A stretch of DNA of 63,965 bases, the filler included, from Babesia bigemina (lineage: Eukaryota): the NCBI RefSeq assembly GCF_000981445.1. It is 12 parts of 12 records of this genome, joined end to end, with 100 filler letters (N's around TTAATTAATTAA, not from the genome) between each part and the next. Parts side by side here need not be neighbours in the genome. Positions count along the whole stretch, not along the records: positions 54,315 to 60,252 come from NW_012236954.1; positions 60,353 to 63,965 come from NW_012236971.1; 10 more parts are not named here. One strand, 5' to 3'. The translations under genes and the position numbers were made by a program. The notes beneath the pieces were generated by a model, which saw only the letters and a program-made list of their open reading frames with translations, was not told the DNA's origin and ran no database searches. Positions 54,652-63,965 of the stretch are shown piece by piece. The number at the start of each line of letters is the position of its first letter. The stretch's first letter is position 1.

Positions 54652-57600
54652 ATGACCTCTATTAACCATAGCAATAACTTGTGCCTTGTCACCCTTCACT
54701 TCCCCTCTTCCACCTCTTGCCACTGCCCTGACCATGTGTCGCCTAGGGAGCTTGACAAGAAATTTGACTAAATTTTGAACCTTAAAATTACCTCAAATAA
54801 TAACCCTACTAACATCCTTAATAACCTCTGCACTGGCCTCGAAAAGTTTCTCGGCTTCAATCCTTCTTCCAAAGGCTACGACGGCAGTGGCATTGTCTAC
54901 TCCGACTTGGATAGGCTGTGTGACGCGGTGATGGGATTTTTGAGTGGTGTGCTTGATGCGGTGAAAGATGATGATGCGGTTAAAACGTATGATAAAGATG
55001 ATGATAATAACATTAATACAGTTATTAAGAAATTACAATCTCAAATTGGCTCCGGGCGTGCTGGGCTTGCGGTGTCTGTCGACGCGGTGAAGGGGTGGTT
55101 GGAGGGGTATGGAAAGAGTGTTAAAAATCTAACCGGTAATATAATTCAAAAATTTAGTGAGTTAGATGTTAATACAATACGCAATAAAATAAGCGACATA
55201 AAAAAAGATCGCAGTCTACGACTTCAACTGGAGGCATGGACATCTACCTTAGATAGTCTCGGCTTAGAGGTTGAGAACATAAATAAAAACGTCGACAAGT
55301 TAGATAGCGCATTAAAAAATAAATTGAAACATGAAACACATGTTGTAAAAAATGCTGTAGAGGTATTGAAAAATTCGGCAGAGAGCAGTGAACTGGTCAA
55401 GCAGGTAAGGAAGGTGGATGAGACGTTGGTGGAGCAGCAGAGAAATATTCAGCAAACATTCTTTACGCAAACAAAGCACATATATGATGAGATATATCGC
55501 TTGATGCGGTACAAGGGAGATCAATTTAAGGTATTGAAAAAAAGATTAATGAATGCGCAGGCATTGCTCGGCAGATTTGACGGCGAGTATGATGTATTGA
55601 TGTCGTCGTATTTTGATGAGATCAAACAGTCTGTTAGAGATGTGCACAGAAATATAGAGGCAAATAAAATGGTTCTCGACAGTTTGATCAAACATGCATG
55701 GACTGAGTTTAGAGAACTCAAGCTGAAAAGTCTTATAAATGGCGGCGATGAGAACAACAGTGTCGAACAGAATTGGAATTGTGTGAAGAAGGAGGTAACA
55801 AAGCTTGTAAAAAAAATAAGTAACGTAACGGTACGCGATCCTGGAGCGGTTCAGAACATCATAAAAGGAGTGACCACTTACGCTTGGAAGTTTAATAAAA
55901 CCGCATTTGCGGATAAGGTGAAAGAGTGGATAAAACATATTTTTCAAAGTCACGCCGTTGTTCAACATTGGATTGGTGAATACGTAGGCTACATTAAGAA
56001 AAACTTCCCAAGTTATAGTCTGGATAGCAAATGGGAAGGCATCAAACAACGATTCAATGATGAAATAACCAAGGGAATTGCAGACGCCATTGCTGATGCA
56101 ATCAGCGGACATATCCGTGACGCCTTTAACGGGTACGATGAAGTCGTAAATGATGGGATTGAAAAAATCGAGCAGGTCACGAAGGCTTGTGAACATTTGG
56201 CCGCAAAGCTTAACAGTAAAATTAAAGAAGCTGAAGTAGATGGGAGTCTTACGCTCCTAGCTGATATAGCTACAGCAGTTGAGACTGAGGTCCTACAAAT
56301 TAAAGATTCCGATGATGGCAATTATTTTCTTCAATATGCAGTGAAAACCGTGTTATATGCGCTGTATGGCATGACTCAGCAATTTGCCGCCGAGCTGCGG
56401 TGCTTCCTCGCAACATCGTCCATCAAAGCCAATCTGGAGTCGGCTATAAGCAGTGCCGCGTCAATCGACCAGGAATTTAAGAACGGCGGCCGAAACAGTC
56501 ATGGAGAAAAAATTGACGACGCACTTCTAACAGTGAATGAAAAAGTTAAGAAGCTCGGTGCAGTGTTAGACGAGGCCACTGGCAGCCTTATGCACGAGGT
56601 TAAAAACATTCAGTCCGGTGTTTTGACGAAACTCCATGACCTTCAAAAGGACGACAATGATGAACAAGATGGTACAATTAACAAAAAGCGAAAGGCGGCG
56701 TTGAATCAAATGGACCAGTTAAAAAAAGAAATCGACAGCAAGCTCAATGACATTCTTGAATCGATAAACGATGCAGATAGGTATTTAGACATTCATATAG
56801 AAGATGCAGAAAACAGCGTGCAATCGGCAGAGCGCAACGTAAACGAGGCCGTCACCTCCGCTTTTGAAAAAGTTGAACAATCCGTCCGCTCCCTTTTCGC
56901 CCAGCAGCACAAAGCCGACCTGGAAGCCCTGCACAAATGCGTAGAGACGCAGCTGCAGGCGGTGAAGGAGATCATTGATGTTGATTCGAGAAGCGGAATT
57001 AAATGTCTTTTAAAGGTGATGAATAACAAATCTACATTGGAGTCTTGGAGAGAATCATTGCCTCAGCCCGCACCTACGGGGGAAGCGCACCGTAATAAGT
57101 TAGCCAACACTGCAGAAAAGTTTAAACAATACGTTGACAATATACAGGTTAACGTCCAGTATCAACTTGTATGCCCCGGTAAGCCCATTGACGAAATGTC
57201 AAAATTATCCGATATTGAAAAAGCTTTTGATAAATTGCTTGATTACCTAACAGATGATGAAACGACGAAACATGCTCGAAAATACCTCTATGATAACGAA
57301 TTCACCTCCCTCCTCACCACCCTCACCTCCTCCCTCACCTCCCTATCCCCCTCTCACTTCGCCAACCCCCGGCACCCGGAGCTGCTCGATGCGGTCAAAA
57401 AGGGGCTGCAGGGGTTTGTCGGAGAGCTGGAGCGGGTGTATGTGAACGGGTATGATGGGCATAAGGAGAGTATTAATTTTGATGAATTAGTTATAGATGG
57501 AAGTAATAACGACAAAAAATTGACGGATGACGGCAGAAATTTGTCGAAAGTATTTTTGACGATTTCCGAGATATTGGTTAGTGATTTCGAAAAGCTACGC

Positions 57601-59727
57601 ACAGCGTGTAATAATAACCAAAATGCGCAAATTAATCTAGATCAAGGTAATAGGCTTGGTTCTCTGTTTTATACCCGAGGATACGGAGTAGCCACCGGTA
57701 AGAGCAAGCAGGACGGTGAATTGCAGAACAAGAGCGTTATGAATGGAAAGAAAATCAAAGAGTTCTGTGAAAATACAATTCATGTGCGCGGTGGTGGTGA
57801 ATATAATCCTGCTACAGGCAAAGTTGAACCAATCAAAGGTGGCATCACAACTCTTGATAGATTCTTCGGTTACCTCTACGACGTGCTGACCAAGTACCGT
57901 ACCGTCTGCCACATCAAGCACATCGGTAGGCCAAGAACGCCGACGACGATTAACCAAATGCTACACTGGGTCAACGGGCTTCCGTATACTACCGTCTACA
58001 ACGAACTTACAATTCAAGGTTTCGGTGAGCTGTTCGAGAAGCCGGAGGAAGAGGAGTCTGTCGGAGGTGAGATCGTTCTAAAAACCGAGGATGATGACAA
58101 GCTGCTGGCGTATCCAGAGGATATCACTGCCGAAAAAATGAGAGACACGCTCACAGATGTATGCCGCTTTACGGATAGAGTGCTGGTCTGCATCCTCGGT
58201 CATGGACACGCCGAAGGCAGATATGCGTGCGATTTCAGCACTAACCCAGATGGTTTATTGTATCCCAGCAACGCGAGTGCCTGCTTGGACATGCTGGTGG
58301 ATATACTGAAACGACTCTATGAGCAGTTTTATTTCCTATTTATTCAGTGCTCACGTGAGAAAGATAACGTCAGCTGGAGAGACTGCTGGTACGGTCGGCA
58401 CGTCGGTGGCTCAGACTGGAGGTGCAATGAGAAGCAATGCATAAACCAAATGGTCAACCAAAGTGCTGACCAAAAGGCCAACCAAAGCTGTGGCCAAACG
58501 TGTGATCGGCACCCTAGTTGCGGTTTGAAGTCACCCCTCCAATCCTTCCTCGAAGATGGGCTTCCGGGTTTCCTTCCTCATTCAATTAAGAAGCCCGGGT
58601 GTAAATTAGACTGCACTGTTTCCAACCATAGGGGATTGCCTTGTAAGACGCCAATGGGCTTCGGGGATATTAGTCTAACAGCTTCACGTGCATCCAGAGG
58701 CGAACGTATGATGAAATTACTCGATATGTTCTGTGGGCAGCAGACTAGTCCACTGACGAAGCTATGTGGTTACTTCAACTGTCTGCTGCAAATGCCTCCG
58801 CAAACGCTGGGAGATATGTTTGCGTTCTACTACAACTTCATCGTTGGCTGGGGGAAGAGCGGTCAAGATCATAGAAGTTATGCGTTCGAAGGCGCTGTCA
58901 ACAAAGCCATCTTCGGCCAGCAGTATGGTGAATTAAATGTCAAATCTATTATCACAGACGACCATTCATACAACGGCGCTACAGGGGATTTGATGTGCCT
59001 CGTTAGTTGCAAGAATGCATCTTCCAGTCACACCTGCGGCCGTTATCTGCAGCCTATCAGCTTCACCACGTGGGCAACATTTTCCGAGAAGCACGCCGAT
59101 AAGTACCTGTCGTGGATTGTGTATCTCACTGAGACTTTCTACAACCTTCTGGAGCAACTCTACAAAGAATGCTGTGAAAAGTGCGGCAAGCAAGGCACAA
59201 AATGCTACGATAAAAGCTGTCGTAATGGTTGCCCAGTAAAGGCTTCTCGTGAAATTAAGGATGTTTCCAAGAAGCAAAATGATGTTACCCACACCAACGA
59301 CTGCGCATCCATCGCACAGTGTCCCTTCACCCGTCCTACATTATGTAGATATGGATTTGTGCTAAAGAGTCTAACCAATCTCCGCGGTGCAACCGACTCC
59401 TCAACAAAACGCACTTGTGGAGATTTCTGCAGCACAATGAAAAAAGTACTTAACAATGTTGAGGCAGATGCAGCGCCACTTGCTAAACTGATATACGTTA
59501 CAATTCCCAAATTCCTATTCGAAATCAGGAAACCGTTTATGCTATTAACTCTCGCCCTCTGGCTCCTCTCTCTATTGTACCTCACCCACATCATGGTCAT
59601 CCGCCTCGACCTCCTCCACATCAAATCGCATTTACATAGTCCCTCGAGTCATAGGATTGCTGCTCAGTCGCTACTCGCCGCTGGACGCGTTAACAAACTG
59701 GGCAGGGTGTTTTACCTGCAACCGTAA
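54652..59727 (+). pseudogene. Full-length ves-like gene, class II tail, with one premature TAA at 54769-54771
   Basis: MTSINHSNNLC...KKFD*ILNLK aligns to KKFGKILNLK of the 8365 gene; the rest is open to LGRVFYLQP. Confidence 0.78.
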
Positions 59728-59852
59728 TCGTACTCACGTGTTTACTATCTACACTCACCTAGCATCACCTACTCACCTAACTTATGAATTGTGCTTTAAT
59801 CTGTTGTATCACTCATTAATCGTTGTATGTGATTGTGTAGTAGTTAACTGAA

Positions 59853-60252
59853 GTGCTGACCAAAGGGGTGACCAATGCCATGACCAACGTGGTGACCAAC
59901 GTGCTGACCAAGGTGCTGACCAAGGTGCTGACCAATGTGCTGACCAATGCCATGACCAACGTGGTGACCAACGTGCTGACCAAGGTGCTGACCAAGGTGC
60001 TGACCAATGCCATGACCAACGTGGTGACCAACGTGCTGACCAAGGTGCTGACCAAGGTGCTGACCAATGTGCTGACCAATGCCATGACCAACGTGGTGAC
60101 CAACGTGCTGACCAAGGTGCTGACCAAGGTGCTGACCAATGCCATGACCAACGTGGTGACCAACGTGCTGACCAAGGTGCTGACCAATGTGCTGACCAAT
60201 GTGCTGACCAATGCCATGACCAACGTGGTGACCAAGGTGGTGACCAAAGTGC
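59853..60252. repeat. Repeat E array with higher-order periodicity
   Basis: 12-bp units in recurring 60/72-bp blocks. Confidence 0.95.
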
Positions 60253-60353
60253 NNNNNNNNNNNNNNNNNNNNNNNNNNNNNNNNNNNNNNNNNNNNTTAA
60301 TTAATTAANNNNNNNNNNNNNNNNNNNNNNNNNNNNNNNNNNNNNNNNNNNNC

Positions 60354-62879
60354 AAAACAGAATCTCCCCTGAGCAACGCTGCGACAACGTTCGAAAGCTC
60401 TTTCAGAGCTTTCTTCAAAGTGTTCAAAGACCTGACGGACTTTAAGTCTGACTACAGGGTTATTAGGCCAATACATAAAGTGCTGACCAAACTGCTGGAA
60501 GACATCAAAAGCTCTCGATATTTCAATCACGACTTTAACATGAATTTAAATGATCTTAATAGCTCTCTCGCTACCTTCACCCCGTGTAAATCCCCAAATT
60601 GCAAAAACCCTGTGATCCTAGAAACGCTCAAGAATGGTCTATTGTCCACGTGCGAACAACTTGGTTACGCCTACATCAATACGTATGATAGCATGAGTAT
60701 AACATGGGTTAGCGAAAGCGACCCGGACAGAAAACACTGCGCAAAAATATGTATGACTACGTTTCCTGTCCTATATAACGCATTGGCTGAGCTGAAACAG
60801 GGACTTGAAAAATCTGAGAAATCATGGCAATTGTACACAATGTATAATTCTGGAAATATGGATTCTAGCCTACGTAAGTTATTCTTCGGTGAAAACGGGT
60901 ACGATGTTGGCCGTCCGGCTACAAGCCCATATGGAGAGCTAAATCACAAGTCAACATTTGACGGCAGCAACGTCCTAGCTAATCTAAGCAACAAAACGCA
61001 TAACTTGTTCAGTCCTGGTCACGCTCGACTTGCCGGTGCTCTCAGCTCAGGAGCACATATCATACCTGTGGAATACGCCGACGAGGACGGATTGATCCCG
61101 GACCTCTACGCGTTGCTTAAACCATATGCTCAAGTCTGTCACCTATCCACCTTCTCATCGACTAAGTCGCCGTGCAGTGTCTTCGAAATGCTTCTCTGGT
61201 GTTCCGGTTTACAGTTCAACGGAGTATACGATAAGTTGTGTGATTATTGCGATTCACTCTTTGACAAGGTAGCGGATAACGCTGACCCTGAGCACAAAAT
61301 TCTAGCGCCAATTGCTGCGTATCCGAAGGCGATTTCGGCGTTTGACGTATCTGCTGCAATTGAACATATCGTGTCGCGCTCATACCAACTGCTGACTGCT
61401 GTCCTCGGCACGGGAAACGCATACACCATGTACGCCTGTGACTTCCCTATCAACACTCTCGGGCTGAAATATCCTACCTCTGGCGCAGATTGTCTTGACA
61501 TGCTGCTTGACGTACTTCGTAGATTGTGTCCCGTACTCCATTATCTGTATAGGCAGTGCAATATCACTGCGAATTACGGTGGATGGCGTGACTGCTGGTA
61601 CGGCAAGGACATAAAGACATCCAAGTGGCCATGCAAAGTTCATCCCACCGACGTGTCAAATAATGAACGAATGTGCCAGGCAAATTACCAACCAAATTGT
61701 CAATCAAATTGCCAAGCAACATCCCCCTTAATGAGCTATCTTCACGACTCTCTTCCTGGTCACCTGCCTCACGATATATCATCCATCGGCTGCAGGGCTG
61801 TGTGTTCTACGTGCCCTAAGGTTAAGAAAGGCATGCCGTGTCTGACACCTCTCGGTTTCAGGGGGTTTACTGGTAGTGTGAAGACGGGTAGAGAGCTGTG
61901 TGAGATACTACGTGATTTCTTTGCAAACTCATATATAACGACGCTGTTCGGCTTAATGCCCAGACCGCCTACGTCACTACCCGAGCACTTCGAGTTCGCA
62001 TTGCAATTAGCAAACGTGTTGAATAACGATGGTTCTGGTAGAGAGGCTGTTAGTGCAGCTTTCGTCAAATCAACGAAGGATCAATCCATCGACCTTTATA
62101 ATGAACCATCGAAGCTTACCATTGCGCTTTGTAATGCTTATAACAGCAACAAAAGGCACGACGGTATGGAGCATCCTAACGTTTCAGACGCCGATTTGTC
62201 AACTTTGTCGAAAGAAACGACATGTAATTATCCAAACAAAAACATTCATTGCGCACCATATCTGTCGACCTTATACAGCGATTACTACTACTATGCTGCC
62301 GAAAAGCACACTGCTCTCTACCTGTCCTGGGCACTGTATTCAGCGTGGACGTTATACGAATATCTGAAATCGTTGCTAGATGCCTTCGGTAACATTTCCT
62401 GTCAGGATTGGGGATGTGACAAATGCCAACATGGAGGCAAATGTAAACCAGGCAGACATGGCCTTAACTACAACTGCCGATGCAAAGGGCTTGTTGAGTG
62501 CCGCGGTGTAAGGAGCATCTTTTACGCCTACGGGTTCACATTTGGTAATGCTGAAGTCTTATCTGACTTTGAGAATAAAAGATACTGTCACAATTTCTAC
62601 AAACAACTGCAGAACGTATTAAATTCCAAATGTTTCATTGACCTCTTCCAAAAATGTGACGAATTCATATTCACCATCAGGCAGCCGTTTATATGGCTGA
62701 ACATCGCACTCTGGTCACTGTCCCTCTTCTACCTCATCTGCGTGATGGTTGGTCGCCTGGACGTTTTCCACATCCGATCCCATCTCAGATCACCCTCATC
62801 GCACACCATCACTGCGCAATCACTGTTGGCTGCAGCGCAAGTCGGAAGGCTTGCCAAGATAACTTATCTACAACCGTAA
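60354..62879 (+). CDS. ves-like gene, 5'-partial, class I
   Basis: QLGYAYINTYD, SPLMSYLHDSLPGHLPH, TM, LAKITYLQP. Confidence 0.82.
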   Translation, partial: KTESPLSNAATTFESSFRAFFKVFKDLTDFKSDYRVIRPIHKVLTKLLEDIKSSRYFNHDFNMNLNDLNSSLATFTPCKSPNCKNPVILETLKNGLLSTCEQLGYAYINTYDSMSITWVSESDPDRKHCAKICMTTFPVLYNALAELKQGLEKSEKSWQLYTMYNSGNMDSSLRKLFFGENGYDVGRPATSPYGELNHKSTFDGSNVLANLSNKTHNLFSPGHARLAGALSSGAHIIPVEYADEDGLIPDLYALLKPYAQVCHLSTFSSTKSPCSVFEMLLWCSGLQFNGVYDKLCDYCDSLFDKVADNADPEHKILAPIAAYPKAISAFDVSAAIEHIVSRSYQLLTAVLGTGNAYTMYACDFPINTLGLKYPTSGADCLDMLLDVLRRLCPVLHYLYRQCNITANYGGWRDCWYGKDIKTSKWPCKVHPTDVSNNERMCQANYQPNCQSNCQATSPLMSYLHDSLPGHLPHDISSIGCRAVCSTCPKVKKGMPCLTPLGFRGFTGSVKTGRELCEILRDFFANSYITTLFGLMPRPPTSLPEHFEFALQLANVLNNDGSGREAVSAAFVKSTKDQSIDLYNEPSKLTIALCNAYNSNKRHDGMEHPNVSDADLSTLSKETTCNYPNKNIHCAPYLSTLYSDYYYYAAEKHTALYLSWALYSAWTLYEYLKSLLDAFGNISCQDWGCDKCQHGGKCKPGRHGLNYNCRCKGLVECRGVRSIFYAYGFTFGNAEVLSDFENKRYCHNFYKQLQNVLNSKCFIDLFQKCDEFIFTIRQPFIWLNIALWSLSLFYLICVMVGRLDVFHIRSHLRSPSSHTITAQSLLAAAQVGRLAKITYLQP

Positions 62880-63019
62880 TTGTATTCACATTTGTAATTC
62901 ACAGTAACTCACGTAACTACTCACCTACTCACCTAACAAACAAACGTAGTCTAATGTCTCGAATTACTCGAGCGGCAACCTGTGAACTGGATAGCACCTA
63001 GATGAGGTGATGAGTGAAC

Positions 63020-63355
63020 GACAATGCAACGTGTCTACCTAACAACCAGGCAAAGTGTTAACCTAGCACACAGGCAAAGTGCTAAGCTAGCATCCAGGCA
63101 AAGTGGTAAGCAAGCAACCAGGCAACGTGCTAAGCAAGCAACCAGGCAACGTGCTAAGCAAGCACCCAGGCAAAGTGTTAACCTAGCACCCAGGCAAAGT
63201 GCTAAGCTAGCACCCAGGCACAGTGCTAAGCTAGCACTCAGGCAACGTGATAAGCTGGCACACAGGCAAAGTGCTAAGCTGGCACCCAGGCGAAGTGCTA
63301 ACCTAGCACCCAGGCAAAGTGTTGGCCTAGCAACCGGGCAACGTGGTAAGCTGGC
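63020..63355. repeat. Repeat C array
   Basis: 24-bp units. Confidence 0.94.
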
Positions 63356-63865
63356 GGATGAACCGTAATTTGGTGGGTGCGTTAAGACGTTGATTGCCTG
63401 TTGCGTTGAGTTGCGCGTTGACTGTGAGAGGCGTCCGCGTTGCCTATTGAGTCAGTGTCACGTGAGGCTAGGTGATTGATCGCTGACGTAGGCGGTCGTG
63501 ATGGCCGCGGCGGGTGACCTAAGTCGTGTGTTGCGAGTCACTGGCAGGGTGGCGTAATCCGCGTTGGCCTGGTTGAGTAGCATTTATAGGCGGCAATGTA
63601 GCGATTGTTAATATGATATTTAGGCACGTAGCCGACACGCTCCGCCAGTATGGCGCCGATACCGCGGCTCGTAGCAGGGTTCTGCTGCACTGTGGGAGTT
63701 GAGCGCACGGGTCGCTGCAATTTTAATGGCGTTGCGAATAGTGAATAATTTAGAGTGACAGTTGGTGCTGATCACATGCGTCGCGTCAGGGCAGCTGTGG
63801 TATCCCGGGCAGCGTGGGTGTCGGTGGCCAGGGCTGGGGGATACAGGGGTGAGGGTGCGTGTTGA
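63353..63865 (+). promoter_or_regulatory. Copy of the conserved ~500-bp element, followed by the start of repeat D (63865-63965)
   Basis: Reverse-complement match to 1861-2358. Confidence 0.5.
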
Positions 63866-63965
63866 TGAGGGGACTGGAAGCGGCAGTGGTACGTGTTGCA
63901 GTTGGTGAGTGCTGCTTGAGTGATTGATATGTTTGCAGGTTGAGGGGACTGGGAGCGGCAGTGGT

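Overview
Eukaryotic, almost certainly piroplasmid (Babesia-like, most plausibly the B. bigemina/B. ovata group; inferred from protein motifs) variant-antigen DNA. It consists of 12 contigs joined by artificial 100-nt N44-TTAATTAATTAA-N44 linkers, so order and orientation across linkers mean nothing. The window holds 11 whole or partial copies of a large ves1/VESA-like gene (GYDGxGIVYSDLDRLCD motif, coiled-coil middle, Cys-rich C-terminal half, C-terminal TM, ending LAKISYLQP or LxRVFYLQP). It also holds two small CCPWCC Cys-rich TM genes, three isolated copies of their TM tails, five tandem-repeat families (22, 20, 24, ~75 and 12 bp) and a conserved ~500-bp non-coding element. These parts follow a fixed order: 22-bp array > leader > ves-like gene > 24-bp or 12-bp array > [500-bp element > 75-bp array > small gene] > 20-bp array > junction > 22-bp array. 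Of the eight copies whose 5' end is visible only one has an in-frame start ATG, and the genes are combinatorial mosaics, which suggests a repeat-flanked cassette archive for antigenic variation. The 3' end of a restriction-like-endonuclease (RLE) non-LTR retrotransposon is joined directly to the 5' end of one antigen gene. A short pSMART vector/adapter contaminant lies at 42121-42273.
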